Assembly: GCA_903860135.1 (NCBI GenBank)
Contig: CAIOPG010000007.1
Location: 130,100 to 194,099, forward strand
Origin: Candidatus Omnitrophota bacterium
Lineage (GTDB): Bacteria; Omnitrophota; Gorgyraeia; Zapsychrales; Fredricksoniimonadaceae
DNA: 64,000 nt
Reading direction: 5' to 3'
Part shown: positions 32,146 through 41,817 of the stretch, one piece after another
Layout of the letters: every line of letters starts with the position of its first letter
Position numbering within the stretch: the stretch's first letter is position 1
Notes under the pieces: generated by a model
The model's input: only the letters and a program-made list of their open reading frames with translations
Databases searched by the model: none
What the model was told of the DNA's origin: nothing
Translations under genes and position numbers: made by a program

Positions 32146-32709
32146 GTGTTTGACGTGAAATCTGAACTGTTCGATAAGTATCAGAAAAAAGTTTTACCTG
32201 AAATGCAAACGAAATTTGGCATTAAGAATGTTATGGCTGTGCCACGTCTGGATAAGATCGTAATCAACATGGGTGTTGGTGAGGCCATTTCTGACCTCAA
32301 GATTTTAGAAACAGCCGCCGCGGATCTTGCTGCGATTACCGGTCAAAAACCGTCCATACGCCGTTCTAAGAAGGCGGTTTCTAATTTCAGGCTTAAAGAA
32401 AATTCTCCCGTTGGTTGTAAAGTGACTTTACGTCGTCAACGGATGTATGAGTTTATGGAAAGATTAATTAATATTGTATTACCGCGTATCCGTGACTTTA
32501 ATGGTATTTCACGTAAATCTTTTGACCGTGAAGGCAATTATTCTTTTGGGCTTAAAGAGCAGGCTATTTTCCCTGAAATCGATCCCACAAGGCGTGATTT
32601 TAGAGCACAAGGGATGGATATTACTTTTGTGATAAAAGGCGGCGATCCTAAAATGAACGTTGAATTATTAACGCTGATGGGCGTACCTTTTACTACCCTT
32701 ACTAATTAA
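32146..32709 (+). CDS. rplE: 50S ribosomal protein L5
   Basis: Homology. GTG start at 32146, or GTG 32155 which is better spaced from the AAGAGG SD. Confidence 0.9.
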   Translation: MFDVKSELFDKYQKKVLPEMQTKFGIKNVMAVPRLDKIVINMGVGEAISDLKILETAAADLAAITGQKPSIRRSKKAVSNFRLKENSPVGCKVTLRRQRMYEFMERLINIVLPRIRDFNGISRKSFDREGNYSFGLKEQAIFPEIDPTRRDFRAQGMDITFVIKGGDPKMNVELLTLMGVPFTTLTN

Positions 32710-32728
32710 GAAATGTTCAAAAGGATTT

Positions 32729-32914
32729 ATGGCAAAAAAAGCGGTTATTAACAAATCAAAGCAGAAGCCAAAATTTTCGACAAGGCAACATAATCGTTGT
32801 CATTTATGTGGTCGTCCCAGAGCTTTTTTGCGTAGATTTGGTATGTGTCGTTTGTGTTTCAGGGAGCTGGCTTGGAAGGGCGAAATACCAGGTGTAAAGA
32901 AAGCAAGTTGGTAA
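32729..32914 (+). CDS. rpsN: 30S ribosomal protein S14, type Z (zinc-binding)
   Basis: 61 aa with CHLCGRP...CRLC (CxxC...CxxC). Confidence 0.92.
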   Translation: MAKKAVINKSKQKPKFSTRQHNRCHLCGRPRAFLRRFGMCRLCFRELAWKGEIPGVKKASW

Positions 32915-33044
32915 TCTGACAGTAATGTTTTTTGTTAGATGATCCTTGATATCAAGGGCCTGTCTTAAGATTATTAAAAGGGCAGGAAATTCAGAAATTG
33001 TTGACAGTGTCAGCAATAGAAAAAAATTAAAGAGGTCCCGCGCG

Positions 33045-33440
33045 ATGGCTGTTTCAGATTCAATTGCAAACATGTTGACAATAATCCGTAACGGAATCGG
33101 CGTCCGCAAAGACACGGTTGATGTCCCTGCATCGAAGCTAAATGAACAGATACTTGAGTTGATTAAAAAAGATGGTTATATTGAAGATTTTCGTTTACTT
33201 AATGATAACAAACAAGGTGTTATCAAAATTTATTTGAAATATGCTGGCCGTAAAAATGTTATTTCTGGTCTTAAGCGTATTTCAAAGCCGGGTCTTCGTG
33301 TTTATGTAAAGAACGATGAGATCCCGAGAGTGTTAAGCGGTTTGGGAATGGCGGTTATTTCAACATCGCAGGGTATTATTGATGACAAGGATGCGCGTAA
33401 ATTAAACATCGGGGGAGAAGTCCTCTGTTACGTCTGGTAA
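33045..33440 (+). CDS. rpsH: 30S ribosomal protein S8
   Basis: MAVSDSIANMLTIIRNG matches the S8 N-terminus; ATG 33045 is preceded by an AAAGAGG SD. The track ORF extends upstream to 32946. Confidence 0.92.
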   Translation: MAVSDSIANMLTIIRNGIGVRKDTVDVPASKLNEQILELIKKDGYIEDFRLLNDNKQGVIKIYLKYAGRKNVISGLKRISKPGLRVYVKNDEIPRVLSGLGMAVISTSQGIIDDKDARKLNIGGEVLCYVW

Positions 33441-33446
33441 GGTGAT

Positions 33447-33986
33447 ATGTCAAGAATTGGTAAGATTCCTTTAATTATTCCCAAAGAAGCAAAGATTACG
33501 ATTACACCTTCAGCTGTGAATGTCGAAGGTCCCAAAGGGAAGTTGTCTGCAGTTCTTCCTTATGGAATTAAAGTTGAACAGAAAGATGGTTCTTTATTTA
33601 TTACCCGTTTAAGTGAATCTAAGCAAGCGCTTGCTGATCATGGTACGTTACGTGCTTTATTAAAGAATATGATAGTTGGCGTCACCAAAGGACACACGAA
33701 AGATCTTGAGATTCAAGGGTTGGGTTTTCGTTGTGCGCTTGTCGGGCAGAAACTTACAATGACATTGGGGTTTAGTCATCCTGTTGAATTCATTGTTCAT
33801 AAAGATATCAAGGTGGCAACTCCCAAGCCGACGGAGATCAAGCTTGAAGGTGCGGACAAGATTCTAGTTGGGCTTATAGCAGCTCAAATCCGCGACATAA
33901 AGCCTCCGGAGCCATATAAAGGCAAAGGAATTCGTTACGTTGGCGAGGTTGTCAAACGTAAACAGGGTAAATCCGTAACCAAGTAA
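33447..33986 (+). CDS. rplF: 50S ribosomal protein L6
   Basis: MSRIGKIPLIIPKEAKIT matches the L6 N-terminus. Confidence 0.95.
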   Translation: MSRIGKIPLIIPKEAKITITPSAVNVEGPKGKLSAVLPYGIKVEQKDGSLFITRLSESKQALADHGTLRALLKNMIVGVTKGHTKDLEIQGLGFRCALVGQKLTMTLGFSHPVEFIVHKDIKVATPKPTEIKLEGADKILVGLIAAQIRDIKPPEPYKGKGIRYVGEVVKRKQGKSVTK

Positions 33987-33993
33987 TGGAATT

Positions 33994-34356
33994 ATGCTTA
34001 ATATTACTGAAACTAAAAGAATTTATCGTCATCGTCGCATCCGCAGAAAGATTTCGGGAACAGCAGAACGTCCGCGTATGTGTATTCACCGCAGTTTGAA
34101 AAATATGTCTGTAAGTTGTATCGACGATTCGAAGGGTATAGTCATAATGGGTTTGTCTACCCTAGCGAAAGACGTGAAGATCGGGATTAAGAATGGGGGC
34201 AACATCAAGGCTGCTGAAGTTTTAGGCGAGGCGTTTGCCAAACTCGCGTTAGTCAAAGGTGTAAAGTTGGTATCTTTTGACCGCGGCGGGTATATGTATC
34301 ATGGGCGCGTTAAGGCTTTCGCGGATGCAGCCCGTAAAGCGGGATTGGAATTCTAA
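33994..34356 (+). CDS. rplR: 50S ribosomal protein L18
   Basis: Homology and conserved order. Confidence 0.92.
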   Translation: MLNITETKRIYRHRRIRRKISGTAERPRMCIHRSLKNMSVSCIDDSKGIVIMGLSTLAKDVKIGIKNGGNIKAAEVLGEAFAKLALVKGVKLVSFDRGGYMYHGRVKAFADAARKAGLEF

Positions 34357-34362
34357 GGACAT

Positions 34363-35073
34363 ATGGAAGACAAAAAATTGAAAACCCAGGATTTAAAGAA
34401 TACCGGATCGAACGTTTCTAATACATCACACAATCAACGTGGTAGTGAAAAAAAGCCCCAGGTGATGGAATCAGTGGATAAGGGTGAGAAGAAACTTGCT
34501 TATTCATCAGATGTAGAGGCGGCAAGGTCACGTGGGAATGCGGGTGATAAAGGTGGTCGTGGTAAGAAATCAAGATTTCAAAAGCCTGAGGCTGAATCCA
34601 GCGGTTTAAAAGAATCTGTTATTCGCATCAGCCGTGTGGCAAAAGTTACTAAAGGCGGAACGAAGCTGTCATTCAGTGCTTTAGTTGTTGTAGGTGATGG
34701 TAATGGCCGATCTGGTTATGCCTTAGGTAAAGCGGCGGAAGTTTCTGTTGGTATCAAAAAAGCCCTAAATGCCGCTAAAAAGTGCATGGTTAGTATCCCT
34801 CGCCGTGGTACAACGATCCCTCATGAAGTTATCGGGAAATGGTGTGCGACGCGTGTTCTACTTAAACCGGCATCTGAAGGTACTGGTGTTATTGCTTGTG
34901 GTTCAGTTCGTGCGATTTGCGAAGGTGCAGGCATTAAGAATATTTTGACAAAAGTTCATCGTTCAAGTAATCCATTAAATGTGGTTAAGGCCACGATGGA
35001 AGGTTTTTCACGCCTAAAGGCTGCTGCGCCTGAGGTCCAGGGAATTGTTGACATCAAAGAAACTGCCAAGTAA
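34363..35073 (+). CDS. rpsE: 30S ribosomal protein S5 with a roughly 75-aa low-complexity N-terminal extension
   Basis: The S5 core (RVAKVTKGG...[17 protein letters not shown]...[12 protein letters not shown]) follows a K/E/S/G-rich N-terminus; 236 aa against a typical ~166. Confidence 0.9.
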   Translation: MEDKKLKTQDLKNTGSNVSNTSHNQRGSEKKPQVMESVDKGEKKLAYSSDVEAARSRGNAGDKGGRGKKSRFQKPEAESSGLKESVIRISRVAKVTKGGTKLSFSALVVVGDGNGRSGYALGKAAEVSVGIKKALNAAKKCMVSIPRRGTTIPHEVIGKWCATRVLLKPASEGTGVIACGSVRAICEGAGIKNILTKVHRSSNPLNVVKATMEGFSRLKAAAPEVQGIVDIKETAK

Positions 35074-35081
35074 GGTCATCT

Positions 35082-35618
35082 ATGCTGCATCTGCTTAAAT
35101 CCCCGAAAGGGTCAAGAAAGCCTAAATTCAGAAAAGGACGTGGTCCTGCATCAGGTCTTGGAAAAACATCTGGTCGTGGTGACAATGGTCAGCGTTCACG
35201 ATCAGGGCGAGGGATCATCCTTGGGTCTGAGGGTGGTCAAATGGCACTTATTCGTCGTATTCCTAAGGTTGGTTTCAAACCACGTACTCAGATAATTCAT
35301 CAGGTCGTCAAGCTTGATGCGCTCAATAAGTTCGACGCTAATACGGTCGTTGATGCTGACAATTTGAAAACAGCGCAATTGATCAGCAGTCGTCGGAGGT
35401 CTTATAAAATACTTCTTCACGGCGATATTAACAAGCCTTTGATTGTTAAAGCCTATGCGTTTTCAGCTGGTGCAGCTGAAAAGATCAAAAAGGCTGGAGG
35501 TTCCATCGAGATTATTGTTCCTGGCAAACAGTTAGAAATATTAGAAATGCAGCAAAAGAAAAAAGATGTGAAGCTTGCCAGAAAAGCGATTAATGCAAAG
35601 AATAAGAAGAAGGCATAA
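35082..35618 (+). CDS. rplO: 50S ribosomal protein L15 with a K-rich C-terminal tail
   Basis: Gly/Arg-rich N-terminal L15 signature (RKGRGPASGLGKTSGRG). 178 aa; the tail reads KKKDVKLARKAINAKNKKKA. Confidence 0.9.
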   Translation: MLHLLKSPKGSRKPKFRKGRGPASGLGKTSGRGDNGQRSRSGRGIILGSEGGQMALIRRIPKVGFKPRTQIIHQVVKLDALNKFDANTVVDADNLKTAQLISSRRRSYKILLHGDINKPLIVKAYAFSAGAAEKIKKAGGSIEIIVPGKQLEILEMQQKKKDVKLARKAINAKNKKKA

Positions 35619-35625
35619 TTAATAT

Positions 35626-36987
35626 ATGTTTTCACAGTTTTTCAAGGCTTTAGCCACTTGTTTTAAGATTGAAGATCTCCGAAGAAAGATTTTATTTACT
35701 TTGGGAATTATTGCTGTTTATCGTTTGGGTTGTTTTATACCAACACCTGGTATTAATGGAGCGGAGTTAGCTAAGTTTTTTGATAGGATCGCCGCTACTA
35801 CAGGTGGGGGAAATGTTTTTACAATTATGAATATGTTCTCTGGTCGTTCTCTTGAGAAATTAACTGTTTTTTCTCTTGGAGTGATGCCTTATATTTCAAG
35901 CTCTATTATTATGCAATTGATGACGGCGGTGGTTCCATCGCTTGAAAAGTTGTCCAAAGAAGGGCAGTCAGGTCATCAAAAGATCAATCAATTCACACGT
36001 TACGGCACGGTTGTACTGGCTCTGATACAATCATTCTTTATTGCTTTATGGTTGGAAAGTCCTCAAGCTTTTCAAGGCTTGTCTGTTGTAGATAATCCTG
36101 GCTGGCTCTTTCGTTTGACGACCGTTGTTACACTTACCACCGGTACCCTTATCATTATGTGGTTAGGCGAACGCATTCAAGAACGTGGTGTGGGCAATGG
36201 CATGTCGCTTATTATTACGGCTGGTATTTTATCTGCGGCGCCTGCAGCTGTCGAGCAAACCTTACTTTTGTTATCCCCCAAGACAGCAGGTGCGGCGCAG
36301 TTACAGCCATTGACGATTCTGGTCATGGTTTTCTTTTTGATCTCAGTTATTTTGGCTACCACGTTGATCACGCAGGCTCAGCGAAGAGTTCCTGTACAGT
36401 ATGCACGACGTATGTCAGCTGGTGGTCAGGCAGCTGGCCAGCAAACGTATATTCCATTAAAGGTGGATACAGCAGGTATTATTGCCATTATCTTTGCTCA
36501 GTCTATTATTTTATTTCCTGCGACCATAGCCAGTTTTATCCCTGCACAAGGGGTACATAATTTTGCTTCCTTTATGTCGAGAGGTCATTTCTTTTATTAT
36601 TCAGTTTATGCGGCGCTTATAATTTTCTTTTGTTATTTTTATACGGCTATCGTTTTTAATCCTATAGATGTTTCTGAGAACATGAAGAAACACGGCGGCT
36701 TTATACCAGGTGTACGTCCCGGCAAACAAACAGCAGATTATTTAGATTTTGTATTGACGCGTATAACTCTTATTGGTGCCCTCTTTATTTGTACTATCGC
36801 TGTTATGCCCGATGCCATCATGGCGTCAGCTAAAGTTCCATATTTGGTGGCCTCATTTTTTGGCGGCACTGGCATTTTGATCACGGTCGGTGTTATGCTG
36901 GATACCATGAAACAGGTTGAGTCACATTTACAAATGCATAATTACGATGGTTTTATGCAGTCAGGGCATTTAAGGGGGAGAAGATGA
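35626..36987 (+). CDS. secY: preprotein translocase subunit SecY
   Basis: 10-TM profile, 453 aa. Confidence 0.95.
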   Translation: MFSQFFKALATCFKIEDLRRKILFTLGIIAVYRLGCFIPTPGINGAELAKFFDRIAATTGGGNVFTIMNMFSGRSLEKLTVFSLGVMPYISSSIIMQLMTAVVPSLEKLSKEGQSGHQKINQFTRYGTVVLALIQSFFIALWLESPQAFQGLSVVDNPGWLFRLTTVVTLTTGTLIIMWLGERIQERGVGNGMSLIITAGILSAAPAAVEQTLLLLSPKTAGAAQLQPLTILVMVFFLISVILATTLITQAQRRVPVQYARRMSAGGQAAGQQTYIPLKVDTAGIIAIIFAQSIILFPATIASFIPAQGVHNFASFMSRGHFFYYSVYAALIIFFCYFYTAIVFNPIDVSENMKKHGGFIPGVRPGKQTADYLDFVLTRITLIGALFICTIAVMPDAIMASAKVPYLVASFFGGTGILITVGVMLDTMKQVESHLQMHNYDGFMQSGHLRGRR

Positions 36988-37649
36988 TCATTGTTTTATT
37001 AGGTGCCCCAGGTGCAGGCAAAGGTACATTAGCGGGTGCCCTTAAAGAACAGCTAGGGGTGCATCACATTTCGACGGGTGATCTTATCCGTGCGGAGATA
37101 AAGTCAAAAACAGCTATTGGTATTGAGATTAAATCCTATGTTGATAGCGGTGCTTTAGTGCCTGATTCTGTTGTCACACGGATGATTGAAGGATGTATTA
37201 AGGCTTCAGTGCAAGATGGCAAAGGGTATATGTTCGATGGTTTTCCACGGACATCTGCCCAAGCCATCGAGCTTGATAAAATTTTATTGAATACTGGGAA
37301 TCAGATTGATTTTGCTCTTTTTATGGAAGCTTCCATAGACGTTGTTATCCAGCGATTGACTGGACGACGTGTTTGCCGGGCCTGTGGTGCGCTGTATCAT
37401 TTAACGAATATGCCACCAAAAATCAACGGTGTTTGTGATACCTGTGAGGGTGAACTTTATCAACGCGCTGATGATAACGAAGAAACTATAAAAAAGCGTA
37501 TGTCTGTATATAATGAAAGCACAATGCCGATCATACAGCATTATAAATCTCAAGGCAAATTAAAGACGGTTAATGCAGATACAGGCGCTGATCGCGTACG
37601 CGCAGATCTTCTGAAGATATTAGATGGTGTGAATGAAACGAAGTCTTGA
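36984..37649 (+). CDS. adk: adenylate kinase (zinc-finger LID type)
   Basis: P-loop GAPGAGKGT and a CRACG...CDTCEG zinc knuckle; ATGA overlap with secY. Confidence 0.95.
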   Translation: MIIVLLGAPGAGKGTLAGALKEQLGVHHISTGDLIRAEIKSKTAIGIEIKSYVDSGALVPDSVVTRMIEGCIKASVQDGKGYMFDGFPRTSAQAIELDKILLNTGNQIDFALFMEASIDVVIQRLTGRRVCRACGALYHLTNMPPKINGVCDTCEGELYQRADDNEETIKKRMSVYNESTMPIIQHYKSQGKLKTVNADTGADRVRADLLKILDGVNETKS

Positions 37650-38415
37650 TATTCGTATCAAGACTAAGGATGAAATTGAAATCCTGCGTGAAGCAGGGCT
37701 GATTTTAGCCAAGATCGTTCACGAGATTCAATGTTCTTTGATGATTGGTCAGACGACCAGAGAAATTGATGCCCTTGTTGAGGCACTGATCCAACGAAAT
37801 AATGTTTTGCCTGCGTTCAAAGGATATCGTGGTTTTCCGGCGTGTGCGTGTATCTCTGTGAACGAAGAAATTGTGCATGGCGTCCCTGGTAATCGGGTTT
37901 TTAAAAATGGCGATATTGTCAGCATTGATATTGGCATTATACATCGTCAGTATTATTCGGATATGGCAGTGACGATTGGGGTAGGTGAATTGTCGTCTTC
38001 CTGTCGTAAGTTATTGGATGTTGCCCGTCAAGCTCTTTTTAAAGGTATTGCATTTGCGCAAAATGGTGGTAGACTTGGCGATATTTCTCATGCTATTCAG
38101 ACATATGCTGAGTCAAAAGGATTTTCGGTTGTACGTGATTTTGTAGGACATGGAATCGGCAAACAGCTTCATGAAGATCCTGAGATTCCTAATTATGGGC
38201 ATGCTGGAACGGGACCAATTTTAAGGTCAGGTATGGTTTTGGCGATTGAACCCATGTTAAATATGGGTGGGTACAAAACGAAAACATTAAAGGATGGTTG
38301 GACCGTCATCACAGCTGACCGTAAACCTTCAGCACATTTTGAACATACTGTTGCGGTAACTGAACAGGGCCCTGTGGTTCTGACGGAATACAGCGATATA
38401 ACAAATCCGGTTTAG
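37633..38415 (+). CDS. map: type I methionine aminopeptidase
   Basis: M24A motifs (HGVPG, DIGI, FVGHGIG, EPM), 260 aa; overlaps the adk end by 17 nt. Confidence 0.93.
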   Translation: MKRSLDIRIKTKDEIEILREAGLILAKIVHEIQCSLMIGQTTREIDALVEALIQRNNVLPAFKGYRGFPACACISVNEEIVHGVPGNRVFKNGDIVSIDIGIIHRQYYSDMAVTIGVGELSSSCRKLLDVARQALFKGIAFAQNGGRLGDISHAIQTYAESKGFSVVRDFVGHGIGKQLHEDPEIPNYGHAGTGPILRSGMVLAIEPMLNMGGYKTKTLKDGWTVITADRKPSAHFEHTVAVTEQGPVVLTEYSDITNPV

Positions 38416-38454
38416 TTCCGGGAAGTCAGCTGATAGTTGGCTGGCAGGGAAGAT

Positions 38455-38673
38455 ATGGCGAGAGAAGATCTGATCGAGGTTGAAGGCGTTGTAGAAGAGG
38501 CGTTGCCCAACGCTATGTTTCGCGTGGTGTTGGATAATGGTCACAAGGTGCTTGCGCATGTTTCAGGCAAGATGCGGATGAATTTTATTCGTATTATTCC
38601 TGGCGACAAGGTGAAAGTAGAATTAACCCCGTATGATCTTTCGCGGGGAAGAATAACATACAGGAATAAATGA
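38455..38673 (+). CDS. infA: translation initiation factor IF-1
   Basis: [24 protein letters not shown]...[16 protein letters not shown]; ATG 38455. The track begins at TTG 38437. Confidence 0.93.
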   Translation: MAREDLIEVEGVVEEALPNAMFRVVLDNGHKVLAHVSGKMRMNFIRIIPGDKVKVELTPYDLSRGRITYRNK

Positions 38674-38674
38674 C

Positions 38675-38788
38675 ATGAAAGTTAAATCGTCGGTCAAAAG
38701 GATCTGCAATAAGTGCAAGATCATCAGGCGTGAACGTGTTGTGCGCGTGATCTGTGAAAATCCGAAACACAAACAAAGACAAGGATAG
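38675..38788 (+). CDS. rpmJ: 50S ribosomal protein L36 (absent from the ORF track because it is under 60 aa)
   Basis: [37 protein letters not shown], 37 aa, read directly from the sequence between infA and rpsM. Confidence 0.88.
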   Translation: MKVKSSVKRICNKCKIIRRERVVRVICENPKHKQRQG

Positions 38789-38794
38789 TGAACC

Positions 38795-39172
38795 ATGGCA
38801 AGAATCTTAGGTATTGATCTGCCCAGAGACAAACGCGTGGAAGCGGCGTTGCTTTATATTTTCGGCATTGGTCCATCGCGTACTGAAAAGATACTTCAGG
38901 CCACGGCCATCAGCCCTGATAAACGTTCCAAGGATCTTACAGAAGATGAGATCTCTAGGATTACGGCGTTCATTCAGAAGAACTATGTGGTTGAAGGAGA
39001 TCTTCGCCGCGAAGTTCAGCAAAATGTCAGACAGCATATGGATATGGGCACTTACCGCGGTTTACGTCATCGTAAAGGATTGCCTGTTCGCGGTCAGAGG
39101 ACACGTACTAATTCCCGCACGCGCAAAGGGCGCAAGGCGACTGTTGGTGGAATGAAGAAGAAAGCAGAATAA
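38795..39172 (+). CDS. rpsM: 30S ribosomal protein S13
   Basis: [26 protein letters not shown] matches the S13 N-terminus. Confidence 0.95.
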   Translation: MARILGIDLPRDKRVEAALLYIFGIGPSRTEKILQATAISPDKRSKDLTEDEISRITAFIQKNYVVEGDLRREVQQNVRQHMDMGTYRGLRHRKGLPVRGQRTRTNSRTRKGRKATVGGMKKKAE

Positions 39173-39185
39173 GAGGTTATATCGC

Positions 39186-39632
39186 ATGTCGAAAGTTACC
39201 AAACCAGCAGCTAATGCACAGCAAGCGCAGACCGCGTCCAAAACAGCGACAAGGAAATCGAAACTGAAGAAGCGCTCCTTGAAGGGGATAACAAGCGGTC
39301 TTGTTATGATTAAGGCTACCTTTAACAACACGATCATTACAATTACGGACAGACAAGGCAATGCGATTGTTTGGGGGACACCGGGGGTCAGCGGATTTAC
39401 CGGATCCAAGAAGTCTACTCCTTTCGCGGCGCAGATAGCGGCAGGTGAAGCTGCCAAGCGTGCGAAAGAATTGGGGATTGAAACTGTTGAAGTGCTTGTC
39501 AAAGGTCCAGGCACAGGGCGTGAGTCGTCCATCCGTGCCATTCAGGCGGCAGGCATACAGGTTACTTCTATCCGTGACGTTACACCTATTCCGCATAATG
39601 GGTGCCGTCCACGGAAGAAACGTAGAGTATAG
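39186..39632 (+). CDS. rpsK: 30S ribosomal protein S11
   Basis: [18 protein letters not shown]...[11 protein letters not shown]; 148 aa with a short basic N-terminal extension. Confidence 0.93.
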   Translation: MSKVTKPAANAQQAQTASKTATRKSKLKKRSLKGITSGLVMIKATFNNTIITITDRQGNAIVWGTPGVSGFTGSKKSTPFAAQIAAGEAAKRAKELGIETVEVLVKGPGTGRESSIRAIQAAGIQVTSIRDVTPIPHNGCRPRKKRRV

Positions 39633-39651
39633 TAGAAAGGAATTTTGATCC

Positions 39652-40260
39652 ATGGCACGTTATACAGGTCCACGTTGTCGTCTTTCCCGCCGGGAGGGGG
39701 TTAATCTCGGACTTAAAAAAAGATGGTCTCTTGAAAAGCGCGAGACAATACCAGGTCAGCATGGGACACGCCGTTCTAAATTGACTAATTATGGTTTGCA
39801 GTTGCGTGAAAAACAGAAAGCCAAACGTACGTATGGTGTTCTTGAAAAGCAGTTCCGTAATTATTATTTAAAAGCATCTAGCTCTAAAGGTGTTACGGGT
39901 ACAGTATTGTTACAGATGCTCGAATGTCGTCTTGACAATATCATTTATCGTCTTGGTTTTGCGATCACTCGCGCGCAGGGACGTCAAATGGCCAATCACG
40001 GTCTTGTCCGTGTCAATGGCCAAAAGGTTAACATACCTTCATTTCATGTTAAAATTGGCGATGTGATCACTTTTAACGACAAAGAGTCATTGCGCACGTA
40101 TGTGCAAAAGAATATGGAATTGAACGAAGGCTGGTCTGTGCCTTCATGGCTTCAGGCAGATAATACGAAGCTGGAAGGCAAGGTCATCCGTATTCCGACA
40201 CGTGAGGATATTGTTATCCCTGTGAACGAACAGCTCATCATTGAGTTGTATTCGAAATAA
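39652..40260 (+). CDS. rpsD: 30S ribosomal protein S4
   Basis: MARYTGPRCRLSRREG matches the S4 N-terminus. Confidence 0.95.
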   Translation: MARYTGPRCRLSRREGVNLGLKKRWSLEKRETIPGQHGTRRSKLTNYGLQLREKQKAKRTYGVLEKQFRNYYLKASSSKGVTGTVLLQMLECRLDNIIYRLGFAITRAQGRQMANHGLVRVNGQKVNIPSFHVKIGDVITFNDKESLRTYVQKNMELNEGWSVPSWLQADNTKLEGKVIRIPTREDIVIPVNEQLIIELYSK

Positions 40261-40289
40261 TTGATTTAGTCTAAAGGAGGGTATAGCTC

Positions 40290-41285
40290 ATGGGTGTTAA
40301 ATGGCGTGATTTCCAGATGCCAAAGCGGCTTGAATGCGATGAAGCAACATATACCGATCATTATGGCAAATTCATTGCTGAGCCATTTGAGCGCGGGTAT
40401 GGTGTAACTCTTGGCAATTCCCTGCGACGTATTCTTCTTTCTTCAATTGAAGGAAGTGCAGTAACTTCTATTTATATTGAGGGTGTTGATCATGAATTTT
40501 CGACTGTCCCTGGTGTGCTTGAAACAGTAAGTGATATTATTTTAAATATTAAGGAATTGGTCGTTCGTTCCCATTCCAAAGTTGCGAAAAATATTTATAT
40601 CAAGACGTCGAAAAAGGGTGAAATTAAGGCCAAGGATATCATTTGTGACGAGACAATTGAAATCTTAAATCCTGAGCATCATGTGTGCACCATCACCCAA
40701 GACATTGATTTTAATCTGGCCATGGAAGTGAGTCGTGGTCGTGGGTATGTTCCCGCAGAGTTGAATAAGAAAGATGGAGCTCCTGTGGGTACGATTGCTG
40801 TTGATTCAATCTTTACGCCCATAGAAAAGGTTAATTTCTTCTCCGAAAACACACGTGTTGGTCAGCGCACTGATTATGACCGCCTCATTTTGGAAATATG
40901 GACCAATGGGGGGATTAATCCTAAGGAAGCTCTTCTTTACGCAGCCAATATTCTACAGCGGCATCTCGACGTTTTTGTTGGCTATGGTCAGTTACCCGAG
41001 GAAGAAGAACAGGAAGAGGAAGTGTCGACCGAAGAGCAGGCTCTTTATGAAAAATTACGTCTACCAATCTCGGAGCTTGAGCTTTCTGTTCGTAGTTCAA
41101 ATTGCCTGAAAGAAGCTAATATTAAAAGTCTTTCCGAACTTGTTCGCAAGACCGAAGAAGAACTTCTCAATTTCCGTAATTTTGGCAAGAAGTCCTTGAC
41201 AGAGATCGCCGATGTCCTTAAAACCCATGGCCTGAGCCTTGGGATGAAGATTGATATGAAAAAGTTAAGAAAGAAGAGTGAATAA
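40290..41285 (+). CDS. rpoA: DNA-directed RNA polymerase subunit alpha
   Basis: 331 aa. NTD ...EPFERGYGVTLGNSLRR and CTD LELSVRSSNCLK. Confidence 0.95.
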   Translation: MGVKWRDFQMPKRLECDEATYTDHYGKFIAEPFERGYGVTLGNSLRRILLSSIEGSAVTSIYIEGVDHEFSTVPGVLETVSDIILNIKELVVRSHSKVAKNIYIKTSKKGEIKAKDIICDETIEILNPEHHVCTITQDIDFNLAMEVSRGRGYVPAELNKKDGAPVGTIAVDSIFTPIEKVNFFSENTRVGQRTDYDRLILEIWTNGGINPKEALLYAANILQRHLDVFVGYGQLPEEEEQEEEVSTEEQALYEKLRLPISELELSVRSSNCLKEANIKSLSELVRKTEEELLNFRNFGKKSLTEIADVLKTHGLSLGMKIDMKKLRKKSE

Positions 41286-41813
41286 ATGAGACATGGTGTA
41301 GCAGGAAAAAAATTCGGTCGCAATCAAAAGTTACGTGAAGCAACAGTACGTGATCTTGTTAAGGCTGTGCTGATCAACTTTACAATTCGAACAACAAAAG
41401 TTAAAGCTGGTGAGGCGCGTAAGCTTGTTGACAAGATGATCACTCTCGGCAAGAAAAACACCCTTGCTGCCAAGAGGCGTGCCTTTGCTGTTTTATGTGA
41501 TCATGCTTTAGTTAGTGATCTTTTTAACAAGGTAGCCCCTCTTTTTGTAAATCGTCATGGTGGATATACACGCATTATTAAGCTTTCGATCAATCGACAA
41601 GGTGATAATGCGGAAATGGCAATTCTTGAACTTACGGAAATGCCAGTTATTGCCGAGTCTTCAGCTGTTGTTAAGGAAAAAAAGTCTGCCAAGGCAATTG
41701 GTGTTAAGGCTGAAGATGCTGTGATTGTTTCTGAAGAAAAATCCGCAAAAAAAACAGCGGGCAAGAAGAAGTTGGAACCTAAAGAGAATAAGACAGCAAC
41801 GCCAAAGGCTTGA
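41286..41813 (+). CDS. rplQ: 50S ribosomal protein L17 with a roughly 50-aa K/A/E-rich C-terminal extension
   Basis: MRHGVAGKKFGRNQKLREA matches the L17 N-terminus. 175 aa against a typical ~125. Confidence 0.9.
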   Translation: MRHGVAGKKFGRNQKLREATVRDLVKAVLINFTIRTTKVKAGEARKLVDKMITLGKKNTLAAKRRAFAVLCDHALVSDLFNKVAPLFVNRHGGYTRIIKLSINRQGDNAEMAILELTEMPVIAESSAVVKEKKSAKAIGVKAEDAVIVSEEKSAKKTAGKKKLEPKENKTATPKA

Positions 41814-41817
41814 AAAC

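Noticed and set aside
36159-36560. 133-aa + strand alternate-frame ORF inside secY
   Set aside because: Out of frame with the clearly conserved SecY reading frame.
41725-41817. N-terminal 31-codon extension of the aminotransferase ORF into rplQ
   Set aside because: Aminotransferase homology begins at ATG 41818, right after the rplQ stop; the upstream part is rplQ read in another frame.
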